A stretch of DNA of 64,000 nucleotides from Vicugna vicugna. Lineage: Eukaryota. The position numbers and the translations under genes were made by a program. Positions 1-13,305 of the stretch are shown here, piece by piece. The stretch lies in the NCBI GenBank assembly GCA_013265495.1, contig MU058531.1, forward strand, positions 488,678 through 552,677. Direction: 5' to 3'. The notes beneath the pieces were generated by a model. The model did not search any database, was not told the origin of the DNA, and saw only the letters and a list, made by a program, of their open reading frames with translations. How positions within the stretch are numbered: the first letter of the stretch is position 1; every line of letters starts with the position of its first letter.

Positions 1-511
1 AAAACATGCCAAATGCAGTTTGCTGAGAGCTATGGACTGGTAATTTCCTTCTTTTCCTAGAGCTGGGAATTTCAAAGTTCTTTATAATTTTTCCAAGTTG
101 GTCTTTATTTCTAAAGCACCTGTGAAATGAATGAACCAATTTGGTAATCATGGAAGGATATGGGAGTGGATGGACTTGCATATGAAACCAAATCATTAGG
201 AGATTGCTTGCCGAGCATGGGATCAAACTATCCTATTTTATTAATTCTAAGACATGTATTATCACATTCTAGTATCTCAAAACTATGATATATATTAGAC
301 AACAGTGTCTCATAATCATGTTGGTCAGGCAGTAACTGAGATGTGGCTTGTTGAAATCTGCATATGCAATCAGAAGAGCCAGCATCAAAACGTGCAAAAT
401 GGGTCAGCACCTTGGGAGAAAAATCTGGAGACAAATGTAAATAACTCTTTTTAAGAAATGTGAATTCCCCAGGACATTGATGGCACAGGGGATGGAAAAG
501 AACATCAGTGG

Positions 512-1259
512 AAATGCTGGAGAGGGTGTGGAGAAAAGGGAACCCTCCCACACTATTGGTGGGAATGTAGTTTGGTGCAGCCATTATGGAAAACAGTATG
601 GAGATTCCTCAAAAAACTAAAAGTAGACTTACCATATGATCCAGCAATCCCACTCCTGGGCATATATATCCAGAGGGAACCTTAATTCAAAGAGATACAT
701 GCACCTCAGTGTTCATAGCAGCACTGTTTACAATAGCTAAGACATGGAAGCAACCTAAATGTCCATTGACAGATAACTGGATAAAGAAGTTGTGGTATAT
801 TTATACAACGGAATACTACTCAGCCATAAAGAAGAATAAAACAGTGCCATTGGCAGCAGCATGGATGGACCTGGAGATCATCATACTAAGTGAAGTAAGT
901 CAGACTGAGAAAGTAAAGTACTGTATCACTTATATGTGAAATCTTAAAAAAAAAAAGGCACAAATGAACTTATTTACAAAACAGAAACAGTCTCACAGAC
1001 AGAAAATAAACTTATGGTTACCAGTGGGGAAAAGGGGTCGGAAGGGATAAATTAAGAGTTCAAGATTTATATATACTAACTGCTGTATATAAAATAGATA
1101 ACACGGTCCTGTTGTATAGACAGGGAATTATATTCAATATCTTATAGTAATCTATAATAAAAAGAATATGAAAAGGAATATATGTATGTATGATTAAAAC
1201 TATGTTGTACACCAGAAATTGACACAACATTGTAAACTGAAACTATATGTCCATTAAAG
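512..1259 (+). mobile_element. 5'-truncated LINE-1 (ORF2 C-terminus + 3'UTR) with target-site duplication
   Basis: ORF 709..939 (MFIAALFTIAKTWKQPKCP...EYYSAIKK) is the L1 ORF2p C-terminus. Typical 3'UTR follows. Flanked by aagaacatcagtgg (498-511) and aagagcatcagtgg (1260-1273), 13/14 identical. Confidence 0.95.
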
Positions 1260-1444
1260 AAGAGCATCAGTGGCCCTTACACAGAAACACAGAAAGTGAT
1301 TAGGAAGAATCAGGATTGCATCATGAAGAGACTTGAAAAATAATTATTTCAGTTACATTTTTCAGTTGATAGGTGTAGAAGATGAAAATGCCTAAATCAG
1401 TTTCTATCAGCTAAGATTCGACAAGAAGCTATTTACACATGAAG

Positions 1445-1782
1445 TAGGGACGTAGAGGGGTAGTGGGAGAGTGCTGTTACCTGGAACTGGTCACAGCACG
1501 GCCTTTGCCACCCCTGGGCCAAAGGGCAGGGGGGGCAAGTAGGAGGCAGAGAGAGCTGTGAGGCAGGCCCTGGGGCGGGGCCTGTAGGGGGAGGAGGGAT
1601 GCAACCAGCGCAAGCAACCCGGCAGGGAGGGAACTGGGGGAACAACTATAACAACAACAACAGTAATAATACTAATATATAATAACCTTTCTCTCCCTCA
1701 TTCTCTCATCTCTTGCAGGGGCTCCCCATTGGTCAGACCCAGCTGGAAGTCAGAGGTAAGAGGATCCATTTATGTAACTTAC
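1445..1782 (-). mobile_element. ERVL-type LTR (LTR33-like), left part
   Basis: The motif ctccccattggtcagacccagctggaagtcagagg resembles the reverse LTR33/LTR16 consensus. The element continues after the Charlie insertion at 3148-3240. Confidence 0.55.
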
Positions 1783-3147
1783 CAGATCTCAAGCTTTTTG
1801 GTTTCAGAACTCCATTACACTCTTAGCCGTTCTTTGGGGTCCTCAGTACTTTTTGTTTATGGAGCTTGTATCTATTAATATTTACCATATTAGAAAGGAA
1901 ATCTAAGAAACTAAAATAATTATTCAATTAATAATAAACCCATTGCATGTTAATTAAGTTAATGAAAAATAACTACATGTTTCAAAAATACTAGGGGGCA
2001 TTGTTTTACACTTTGGAAAATTACTTTATAATATTTAGCTTAATTGAAGACAACTGGATTTTCATAGTGAATTCTACATTCAAAATGTGATATATTATTT
2101 TAGTTGAAGAAAATCTAACCTCAGAGACATGTAGTTGGGAAAGTAAGGGGTCTATTAGGTATCTTTTCAAAGATTCATGGATTTTCTTTAATAATGCAAT
2201 AAAGATCAACAAGTAGTTTCTCAAAGATTAGTGGAATCTGGAAATTATATCAAATTTTTTTGAACTTGATTACATTAAAACCCATTTGTTTCATCTTATA
2301 CCTTTTACCCATACATGATTTTGTAGTTTTGTGCCTTGCTCATTTGGAAAATACTGGTTTAGTGAATTATGCAGATCTACCACATATTCACATGTTGGAA
2401 TACACAGTATCAAAAAAATTTTACATTTGTTAATAATATCAACACTAGTCTCATCTGAAAAATCCTTAAGCTTTGGGAAATAGTCAATCCCACTATAGCT
2501 GATATAAATTTCAAAAATTCTGATGTTGGTTTGAAGGCTCAAATTTTATCATTGGCAACAAATACAATGGTTTTCCCTGAAGGGACAGATGCATTTATGT
2601 CATTTGTGGGAAAATACTAGCCAAACACCAATTCTGAATCACCTCAGATGATTTTTCAGCCTTATTTCTAAATGGTGTTCCATGAGAAAAGCAGATATTC
2701 AGCCTGCAGTTCAAATAACCCTGACAGTGCCTTTCCTGGAGACAGCAGTCACGCTTTGGTGTGCAGCAGAGGTATGCTTTATGCATGCTCCCACTTCATT
2801 ACATGGAATATCAAAAAGACCTGGTTGCAAAAGACATGAGGTTGAATGAAGTTAATACTGTTTTGTCATGGACATTCTTAATTGAAACTGGCATTTTTAA
2901 AGTTGAGAGTGCTTGGTTAGTGAAGAACACAGTGACTGCCAGTACAGGTTGGTGCCACTGTCTTGATTCCTGCTAAGGCTGCAGCAGATTTATCCACCTT
3001 TGTTTCTGCACCATCAGTTCGAATGCCAACACAATGAAACAAGGCAAGAGATGTCTTATTCTTATAAAAACAGTTTTGACCTGTGTACCTCCTGGAAAAG
3101 TCTTGAGGAAACCCAGGGGCTTGGGGACCATACCTTGAGAACTGCTG
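1783..3147 (-). mobile_element. hAT-Charlie DNA transposon (Charlie1a-like), decayed
   Basis: Ends cagatctcaagctttttggtttcag... and ...ccataccttgagaactgctg resemble Charlie1 termini. Minus ORF 2917..3237 contains TDGAETKVDKSAAALAGIKTVAPTCTGSHCVLH, matching the hAT transposase TDGA...HCxLH region. Confidence 0.85.
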
Positions 3148-3240
3148 AGGTGGCCCATCCAGATCACCCATCAGGGTCAGAATGCAGCATGGAGGAAGGT
3201 GGAGAGTTGACTTTGAGGGTGGGCGATAGGAAGACATACA
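3148..3240 (-). mobile_element. ERVL-type LTR (LTR33-like), right part
   Basis: gcatggaggaaggtggagagttgactttgagggtgggcgataggaagacataca resembles the reverse complement of the LTR33 5' end. Confidence 0.5.
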
Positions 3241-3384
3241 AAATAAAGCCTAAATCAGCACTTTGCTTTTGTATAAAATATAAACAAATACCAATCATAA
3301 GATTACTTGATCCTTGGTTTCTAAGAGCTAGCACTCTAGCAGAAGGGATAAGTCAAGTGTACGAGAAACAACAGAAACTCGAGT

Positions 3385-6300
3385 GGATCATATCAAGATG
3401 GCGGAGTAGGAGGACAAGGAGTTCACCTCCCTGTACAAACACATCACAAATAAATCCACTTGTGGAATAATTCTTACAGAAAACCAACTAGTCATTAGCA
3501 TAAGATCCCTACTACACTGGGTAGGACAGAAAAATAAAGGTATCAGGACAGGACTGGTGGCCCTGGGAGGGTCCATACAGGCATGACGACACCCTGCAGG
3601 CTGAGAGGTGTGCCGTGATAGGTAGAGGGGCTGGAGGAGTCGACTTTGCTCAGGAGGACTGCACACAGGCTGGCTTGCTAGCAGTCAGTGCAGAGAGACC
3701 AGTGCTGATGGCTGCCACCTTACTGTACTTCGCAGCCTGAAATGCGAGCCACGCCCACATGCAGGACAGGGAGCAGCTCCAGACTTTACACGCGCTTGCT
3801 CACCCAGGGCAGGGCTGACACTGGAGCCCGTTCTCAGCCCTCCCACAGTGGGGGCGGGCCGGGGGATGGGTTCAGCAACCTCAGACGTTGTCGGCGTGCA
3901 CCAGGTGGCAGATGGCGTCACAGAACCACACGCCCCAGGGGACAGCGCCTTGGGAGGAGTACCAGTGGTTACTTTCCCTGGGGGAGTCCTCTAGTTTCCT
4001 ATACCTCACACCATAGTTTGGAGCTGGATCTGGGGTGAACAGGTCCTGGGAAAGAGGCAAGGTAATATAGAGGCAGCTCAGGTCCCAAGTAGCAGTACAG
4101 TCACCTCAATTCCTGCAGCCACAAGACCCTGGCCCCCAGTGCCAGCCTAGCTCTAGGTCTGGAATGAACATAATGGAGGAAGGGACATGACCTTGCGCTG
4201 CTTCTGGGAAGAATGGCAGAAGCCTGCATCGGTGGTGCATAGGTTCCCTGTGACCACACAGGCCTCCCTTGCTTCAGAACTAACCTCCTTGGGGACAGAG
4301 CATACTACACTACATATGTACACATACATACTACACTTAAGGGCAACAGAGCCTTATCAAACCCAACCCTCAGGGCTTCTACTCCAGCAACCTGGGAGCA
4401 GAACCTGCCACTGACAGAGTTGTGACAGTCACGGAGCAAAGAGGCTGCCCCATCCAGCATGCAAACTCTGGTCATCACAACACCAGTCACACCCTGTCAG
4501 GGGATAATGGCCACGTGCTCTGAGGAGGCTGGAAGCTGGCGTCCAGACCTAAAACAGCCCTCACGCCAAAAATACTGGACTCACACAGGCTGCACAGGGA
4601 CGCTTCTACATAATAACAGCCCTTCAAGAGCACTGTAGATATTTTTCCTAAATTCCTAAAGTTAACTGAAAAAGCAGAGGAACTACTCCCAGTCAGAAGA
4701 ACAATAGAAATCCTGTGAACGAAAAATGAAACAGACCTAGCCAGTGTACTAAATGGAGTTCAAAGAGGAGGTAATAAAAATGCTAAAGGAATCAAGGAAG
4801 ATTATAAAATGCAGGTCATTGCAACAAGGAACTAGAAACTATATAGAGGAACCAAACATAATTAGCTCAATTGCTGAGATAAAAACTGATCTAGAAGCAG
4901 TGAATTTGAAGACTAAATGCAGAAGAATGAACAAGTGATATATGGAGGATAGAATAATGGAAACTACCCAATCAGAAAAGCAAAGAATGAAATGAAAAAA
5001 AAATGATAGCAACACATGTGATATATGTGATAATATAAAGCACGCCGACCTACACATAATAGGAATTCCAGAAGAGAGAAAGGGGGATCTAAAATGTATG
5101 TGAAGAAATTATGGCTAAAAGGTTCCCAAACCTAAAGAAGAAAAGAGATATCTAGGTACAGGAAATAGAGGGTCCCAAAAAGATGACCTCAGGCAGACCT
5201 ACACCAAAACATATCATAATTAAAATGGCAAAAGTTAGGATTCTAAACGTAGCGAGAGAAAAAGTGTCAGTTACAAGGGAATCCCTGTACGGCTATCAGT
5301 TGATTTCTCTGCAGAAACTTTTCAGGCCAGAAGGGAGTGGCGTGAAGTCCTGAAAGGGAAAAATCTGCAACTTAGGATACTCTGCCCAGCAAGATTAGCG
5401 TTTAGAATACAAGGAGAGGTAGAGAATTTCTCAGACAAGTAAAAACTAAAAGATTACAGCAATGACAAACCTAATCTAAAAGAAATACTGAAAGGCCTTC
5501 TCTAAATAGAAAAGCAAGTATCCACAGGGAAAGGAAAATCAAATAGATAAAAGGACTGAAGACCACTTAAATAAGCCAGTATGCAGATTAAAAAACAATC
5601 GAATTTGTAACAGCAAATATAACCACAAAAAGATAAACATGAAGATGTAAAATAGGACATCAAATTCATAAAGTATGCAGGAGGGGAGTAAGAAAATGCA
5701 CATCTTCACAATGTTTTTTAACTTATAGTCAGTCTAAAAGCAAGTAGATACAGTTATGGGTTAACATACTTGAAAATCAGAGTATCCATAAATCAGAAAC
5801 ATACAGTCCATTCACAAAAACCAAAAAGAAATGAATTCAAGCATAATACAAAAGAAAATCATAAAGCCACAAAAGGGAGAAGGAAGAAGAAATGAACAAA
5901 GAAGAACTATAAAATCAACTGGAAAACAAGATTTAAAATGGTAATAAACATATACTTATCAATAATAACCTTAATATCAATGGATTAAATACTCCAATCA
6001 AAAACATACAGTGGCAGATTAGATAAAAAATAAGAACCTATAATATACTGCCTACAAGAGACACACTTTTGGGTGAAGTACACACATATAAAGTTAGGTG
6101 ATGGAAAAAGGTATTTTATGAAAATGGAAATGACTTAATAAAGCAGGAGTAGCAATACTCCTAACAGATAAAATAGACTTTAAAACAAGTTCCATAAGGA
6201 AGAACAAAGGATGACACTATATATAATGATAAAAGGATCAATACAAGAAGAGGATATTATACTTATGAACATATATACACCCAATAAAGGAGCGCCTACA

Positions 6301-7776
6301 AAGGTACAGTAATCAAAACAGTGTGTTACTGGCACAGAAACAGACATATAAATGAATGGAACAGAATAGAGAGCCCAGAAATAAAACCACACACCTGTGG
6401 TCAAGCAATCTATACCAAAGGAGGCAAGAAAATACAATGGAAAAAAGACAGTGTCATCAGCAAGTAGTTTGGGAAAGCTGGACAGCAGCATGTAAATCAG
6501 TGAAGTTAGAATACTTCCTCACACCATAAACAAAATTAAACTCAGAATGGTTTAATGACCTAACTATAAAACTCCTAGAAGAGAACACAGGCAAAACATT
6601 CTCAGACACGAATCATAGCAGTATTTTTTTTAGATTAGTCTCCCAAGGCAAAAGAATTAAGAGCAAAAATCGACAAATGGGACCTAATCAAACTTAAAAG
6701 CTTTTTCACAACAAAGGAAAACAAACAAAACGAAAGAACCACCTATGGAATGAGAGAAAATACGTGCAAATGATGTGACCGACAAGAGATTAATGTCCAC
6801 ACTACACAAACAACTCACACAATTCAATATTTAAAAAAACAAAAACAAAAACTAACAAACCTTTGAAAAAATGGGCAGAAGAACTAAATAGACATCTCTT
6901 GAAGGAAGACATCCAGATGGCCAATAGGCACATGAAAAGATGCTCAACATCGCTAATTATTAGAGAATGAAAATCAAAAGCACATTTGAGGAATCACCTC
7001 CCACCAGTCAGAATGGTTATCGTTAAAAAATCTACAAATAATAAATGCTAGAGAGGCTTAGGAGAAAAGGGAACTGATGGTGGAAATGTAAATTGGTACA
7101 GCCACTATGGAAAACAGTTCGGAGTTTCCTTAAACTACAAATAGAACTACCAGGTAATCTAGCAATCCCACTCCTGGGCATATATCTGGTAAAGACAAAA
7201 ACTCTAATTTGAAAAGATACATGCACCCCAAAATTCACAACAGAAGTATTTATAATTGCCAAGAATGGAAACGACGCAAGTCCCCATCAACAGACAGTCG
7301 AGTTAAGAAGAGGTAGTATTACATACAATGGAATATTACTTATCCATGAAGAGAAAGTAATACTGCCATTGGCAGCCGTGTGGATGGACCTAGAGAATGT
7401 TATGATTAGTGAAGTAAGTCAGACAGAGAAAGACGAATACTATATGATATCACTTCTATGTGAAATCTAAAAAATTACACAAATGAATCTATATACAAAA
7501 CAGAAAAAGACTCACAGAAATAGAAAACAAACTTATGGTTACCAAAGGGGAAAGGGAGGGGGAAGAGGGATAAATTAGGTGTATGGGATTGGCAGAGACA
7601 GACAATATATAAAATAGATAAGCAACAAGAATTTACTGTATAACACAGGGGACTATAATTTCTTATAACAACCTATAATGGAAAATAATCCAAAAAATAT
7701 GTGTAACTGAATCACTTTGCTGTATACCTGAAACTAACACATTATTGTAGTTCAACTATACTTCAATGTAAAAAAA
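3385..7776 (+). mobile_element. Near-full-length decayed LINE-1 (5'UTR, ORF1, ORF2 with large internal deletion, 3'UTR, A-tail)
   Basis: 5' motif tcaagatggcggagtagg at about 3393 and a CpG-rich 5'UTR. ORF1 remnant ends ggccttctcTAA (5505). ORF2 starts at ATG 5938 (MVINIYLSIIT...NGLN). The endonuclease motif [10 protein letters not shown] is joined directly to YKGTVIKTV at about 6296. 3' end aactatacttcaat plus A-run. Confidence 0.95.
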
Positions 7777-8845
7777 CCCTCAAATGGTTTAGCACAGTAC
7801 AATTGTAGCTTTTTTTCCTTCTTTATCGGTATATAAAAGAAATCTTTGAATTGATTCATTAAGTCTTAGATTCTGATGTATGATAAGTAGAGAAAATCAC
7901 GTGAACCCTACCTGGTGGAGTGCCTTGATCCACCTCTGTCCACGTCAGGGTGGAGCTGCCCTGGGGTCAGACAGGTCGTGGTCTTCGGGACAGGCTTCCC
8001 GCTCCCTGGACGGAACACCATGCATATGTATCAGAAACTCTCGCTTCTCCAGCCTTCCATTGTTTATGAATCTCCCTTCTGAGAGACTCGTTTTGTCTTG
8101 TAAACTTAGGAATGCACAAAATGAGTGAGTGAAAGAATAAATATTAAAGGCCAGAAGCCACTGCGCCTCCTTCAAGGGGCTTTGCCCGTCCAGCCTGGTG
8201 GGGTGATTTTGTTCGTTCATGTTCACAGGGCAGTTTCGTTTTCTGTCCAGTTTCCTTTCACCCTTGGAGAGGATGGATCATTTTAGTGTCACCCTGTACT
8301 CCTTGCCCTCTATGCTTATGGACTTAATGAAGAAATGGGACTGACGGATACACCGCAGTGCCTTCAGCCACTCTTCCACAAATGCCCAGTCAGGCTTTCT
8401 CCAGTCATGACGCAAGAGAAGGGTAATGTTATCTGCAGACTGCAATCACTTGAGTTTACGTTTGCAAGGGAAATGGTAACCCAGGAGCAGTCCTTTACTT
8501 CGAGGGGTTTAGAGCTTCAGCTGATATTGGACTCTTATTTGTTTCTATAAATTTTTAACAGCTTGAAATGGCATTAAACTCTTCAGAGTGCACAATATAA
8601 CGCCACTAATCCTGTTGATCTTACATTGCTTTACAGAGGCGAGGACAGCACTAAATCCTTTTATGCGTAAATCAGGAGAGATGTTAGCCATTTCTCTACA
8701 AGGACATATCTTATTACTGCAGTTGCCTTATATAAGTTAGAACTCAAGTATTAAATTTGAAATGTCTTTTTTTCTTCCCTCTGCTTGTCTACTGATTCTA
8801 TTCCTCCTCTCATTCCCCTGCTCCAAATAATTGAACTTTTCCTAC

Positions 8846-8903
8846 ATCCATCCGTCCGTCCGTCCGTCCATCCTTCTCTCTGTCATCCATGTATCTATCC
8901 ATC
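8846..8903. repeat. Degenerate (CATC/CGTC)n tetranucleotide repeat
   Basis: catccatccgtccgtccgtccgtccatcc...catccatgtatctatccatc. Confidence 0.75.
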
Positions 8904-9084
8904 AACTTGCAAAATCTCAGTGTCTGGCCTCGCCTGCCATTTTAGGACACATTTCTGCACAGCATTGTGACAAATGCCTTTTGAGTGAACAGGCTGCGAC
9001 TTGATCCTTGGTTTCCAAGATTTTGCAGTCTAGTGGGAGGGATACGTCAAGTGCACAAGTAACAGAAACTGGAAGTTGGATTTG

Positions 9085-9290
9085 GTAGACTGTTGGTTAA
9101 GGGCAAGGGCTCAGCAGTTAGTCTGTGCTTGTCTCTACCACTTCCTACCTGTACGTCCCCAGGCAAATCCTTGGACATCTCTGAACCTCCTGCTCCTCAT
9201 CTGCAATACAGATCAACTACACAGGGTTGCTGTAACGATTAAATGAAGCATAAAATATTTAGCACAATGCTGTGTACTGCCATACATAAT
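9085..9290 (+). mobile_element. MIR SINE
   Basis: tggttaagggc...ccacttcctacctgt...ggcaaatcc...tctctgaacctc...ctcatctgcaat...cagggttgctgtaacgattaaatga matches the MIR core. Confidence 0.75.
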
Positions 9291-9959
9291 ACTATAATTT
9301 GTGCTCAGAGAGATATATCAGCAATAACCAAACTGACCCATAACAGTAAATTTCCCCGGCCACCAATAAAATGTATCAAATTTGGTTTTTCTTGTGTGTA
9401 CCTTTCAGAGATAAAGCTAGCCAAGGGTACCTGAGCTGTCACCAGCATTATACATATGATAAAGTTGGTTCTTCACACAGGTGATACGGCTGTGGCTGAG
9501 AAAAGATGCTCCCTGAATTGTCTTTCTCCTGGTAGAAATATGTTGCAGTAAACCACCTGCATTGTTTCAGCTGGTTCCTACTCTCACAAGCAGTGATATC
9601 CAAATGTGTTACCTCTCTCGAGCTGGAGTTTAACCAGACCAGAGAGAGTTATGTCCATCATAGGTCATCATATTTGCTGTGCTTGGTCCCGTACAAACCA
9701 AGTCCACTGCCTTCAGCCAATTGCAGGTTTGGCTGACCCCCGTGCTGGGTGTCTTCCCATCTGCTATTGCACTAATGTGAGTCCCATCACTTTCCACCTC
9801 CCTTTCCCCAAGCTTACAGCACAGTCATCCATGATTCATTTGAGTTCCAGGGAAAGCAGACACCGCAGTCTCCTGAAGTTCAGAGGACCAGAGGAGACCA
9901 GTCTATGCCGTGATTTTGGCAATCTCGAGTTCCCACTGGAAGAGAGGGAATAAATGGGG

Positions 9960-10090
9960 GAAAATGCAAAGGGCTTAGAATTAGAACCACAGGGTGACTT
10001 CTGGTCCCAGTTTTGATTTACTTTGTCATACCGAGCAAATTACTGAAGCATTTGGGACCTTAGTTGACTCATCTACACAGTAAATGCATT
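9960..10090 (+). mobile_element. MIR fragment
   Basis: gagcaaattact...ccttagttgactcatctacacagtaaatg resembles the MIR core. Confidence 0.45.
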
Positions 10091-11974
10091 GTGCCAAATA
10101 ATCTCATTATTAATAGTGAATCTTATTTACCATTTTATCCATTTAATATTTATAAAATGCCCAACTCTGTGTGATGCACTGTGCAGAATGAGGGACATTT
10201 CTATAAGGACCACACACACATACACTATAGTTCAATATGATAAGAACCACAAATAAAGATACAAAATGTGAGGGGCCGCAGCTGTTAACACTGTGGTGGA
10301 CCTTGAAGCTACTGCTCAGTTCTGACCATAAGGCCAGGCCTGTGATTTGTCTCTTCAAGCTCACTAACATGTGATGGAGAATCAGTCACCTTTCTAGACT
10401 CTGTTATCTCCTCTAGAAAATAAGGCAAATGAATGTAACAGATATTTCAAAGATTTTTTTTTTTGAGAGGGGAAATGAAGAGGATTAAAGGGGAAAATCC
10501 ACGTGAGTGAACAGTTCAGTGGTCACAATAATTATCAATATTTGTCTCTGATGCTCATTGTGAGGTGGCCAGTGAAGATGTGCTTGGGTTTTTTGTTTGT
10601 TTGTTTTGATATAGAAGGAAAAGAGGCTGAAGCACTTACTGGAGGAAAAATCAGGGCAAGGATGCTCAGTATGCAAGTAACTGCTCGGTTAACTCTCCAA
10701 AGTCAAAACTGACTTTTGTCATCAGTATTTTCTTCTCCTGATCTAGAACATGTCTAGTGAAGGAGAAAATGTGTGGCGACCCAAGTTTCTTGGTTAATCT
10801 TTATCAGATTGTATGTTTAGGATGAGTTCAGTCAGACAATGTGTCCTCCTGCCAATAGGTGGCGGAGTAGGCAAATTTGTCTGGGAATGGAAATAAAATC
10901 TGAAAGGAAGGAGCTTGGGTTGGGACCTCCTGTTTGGTCAACCCACGTTTATCATGATTTATCATGCACCCACATTGCAAAGCCCACTGCAAAGCAGCGA
11001 AGACTTGAAAAAGACAGGATCTCTACATCTTTTGGAGCTCCTGTTTAGCAGATCCATTAAAAAACAAACAAAACCTTTCCCCTTTTATAACAAGAAATAC
11101 TACGCAAATAGTAGAGAAAAAGAAACATACAGAGCAAAATGCAACTCTGTTAAAGAAACTACATTTCTTATCCTCTCCTGATTTTATGCATTCCTTAGTC
11201 CTAACTCTTTAGAGCTCCTCTGACATTGAGGACACCAGACTTTGCTAATAATGAACTCTAGACAAACAAACCAAAACATACCTCAACAATAAAACCCTAA
11301 AACTTCCATTAAAACCGAGGGCCCCCAGCCTTCTCTGAAAGAAAGAAGTGCCCTCGTCTTTTACTATCAACTGATACTACCTGAAGAACTCCGTAATACT
11401 TTCTCACTGGAACCCGTTAGCTTCATTCCATCCCTTTGAATAACCAAAGCATGGAAACTATAACTAAAAACCATATAATTTTAAGCTTACATAAAAAAGA
11501 CACCACCTGTGAAAGGTAGTCTGAATTTGTCTAACTACATTCTGAAGTATTAAAAGGCAAGGAATGTGGGTTGAAAATGCTGACAAACTCTTATTCATGC
11601 ACTAAACTCAGTGTCTCCTTGGTGAAGGTTCTTCTGTCTTTTAAATGTATTCCTCCTCTCCTCTGGGTTCCTATAGCACACATACCTTCTGCTATCACAT
11701 ACACATATCCTAGGCTCTCTTACCTAGTTGGAAGACATTTGTGTATTTTGCACATCAAACTGAGATCTTGGAGGTCATGACTATGTAATTAGTCATCTTG
11801 ATTCTACAGTGCCAAATAGAGTAATCTTTCTTATTTGTTGAAGAAAACAAATTTATAAATAGACAAATCGGTGAGGAGGAGGAAGGACTGGGATGTTTTC
11901 TAAATTTCATCACTAGTTTTGGAGAAATGTGAAGGTGACTGGAGAAATTGAGACATGATAGAAAGTTTGGCAGC

Positions 11975-12160
11975 AGAACTGTTGTGACTCATCAGCTATA
12001 ACACGTTTCAGAGCCACATCTTAATTCATATATGACTTTGTCACATACGAGTAAATAAATAAGTTAACATTTCTGAGCTTGTTTACTCATGTAAAATTGG
12101 AAAAAATAATGCTTCAAAGAACCGTTACCAGCTTAAATAGCTAATGAATAGGTTCAAGCT
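11975..12160 (+). mobile_element. MIR fragment
   Basis: aagttaacatttctgagcttgtttactcatgtaaaattgg resembles the MIR core. Confidence 0.5.
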
Positions 12161-12593
12161 ACACATTTTAACATCATATACATAGAAAGGATGGTGACTA
12201 CTACTATCTCCGTGACAAACCATGTTCTCTTTTAAATGATATTTGATGTCTTTAGAGTCAGCAACATTAGCAAACAAAAGTAGTTTGTTCTTTTTTTTGT
12301 ATCACCTGATTTTGCTACTAAGGAAGTAAAGGCAATTTTGCAGGTAAAAAATGGTTGATTTACTGAAGAAAAAATCTACCCACATTTGTGATTTGTATGA
12401 TTTACTCTTATGAACAATTTAGAAATGAAGAGTTTCTTTTATGTGATGTTGGTTTTTACATTAAATTTTAAAAGTGTCTTTGTAAAGATCCTAAATTGTG
12501 TTACCTGTTAACTCTTAGATGCTTTTTTTTTTCTGGGAGAATTATAAATTAAAGTTTAATTTGGTGGAATATAATTTAGAGTATGACATTAAG

Positions 12594-13305
12594 TGGGGAG
12601 GGTATATAGCTCAGTGGTGGAGAGCATGCTTGGCATGCACGAGGTCCTGGTTTCAATCCCCGGTACTGAGACAGGAGGGAAGGGGGCAGGGTACAGCCAC
12701 CAAAGGAATGACACAGCAGTTAACACCAAGACGGCAAAAGATGTAACTCCCAGTAGGCCTTGAAGTCCCGGATGGTGGGAGATTTGACTTCCAGTAGGCC
12801 TTAAGCTTCATTATACACTCACTGTAACGTATATTAACGTGGTAAATGGCACTCCCACAGGGGCCGTGATAGTTCTAAGGCTAACCATAAAAGGTCAAGG
12901 AGTGGGTGGTGGCCCAGTCCCTGGGAATCCCAGCCCCTTCCCCAGAGTAGCTGGGATAATCCTCCCACTTGTTAGTACATGGAAGTAGTGAGCCTGTAAA
13001 CCTCGTGGCCACTCTCCCTTCTCAGTGAGACTGACCACACTGTCTGTGGAGTGTGTCTCTCTCTGAATAAATTCTACCTTTACTCAGCTGTGACTCGCTC
13101 TTGAATTCTTCCCTGCGTGAAGCCAGAACCCTTATCTGGCGGGGCGCGTCTCAGGTACTCAAGCCGAGACCTGGGACACAGCCCTCCTCTTGTGCCTGAT
13201 TTTCCTGTATCAGTACCTACATTAAAAAAAAAAAATCAATCGATCAATCAACAAATAAACCTAACTAAACCCCCGAACACACATACACACACACACAAAT
13301 AAAAT
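12594..13305 (+). mobile_element. tRNA-Ala-derived SINE (camelid vic-1-like), interrupted by an LTR
   Basis: The head ggggagggtatatagctcagtggtggagagcatgcttggcatgcacgaggtcctggtttcaatccccggtac carries A and B boxes. The SINE resumes after the LTR as gtacctacattaaaaa...aaataaacctaactaaacccc plus a (CA)n/A-rich tail. Confidence 0.85.
12667..13212 (+). mobile_element. Solo LTR, ERV1-like (546 bp)
   Basis: TG...CA termini with 9/10 inverted match (tgagacagga / tcctgtatca). Exact 4-bp TSD gtac (12663-12666, 13213-13216). AATAAA at 13066-13071. Internal repeat ccagtaggcctt at 12750 and 12791. Confidence 0.9.

Noticed and set aside
709..939. Protein-coding gene
   Set aside because: It is the C-terminal remnant of L1 ORF2 in a truncated insertion. 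ORFs at 6180, 7032, 15420, 15701, 47590-48319 and 60179 likewise overlap L1 sequence.
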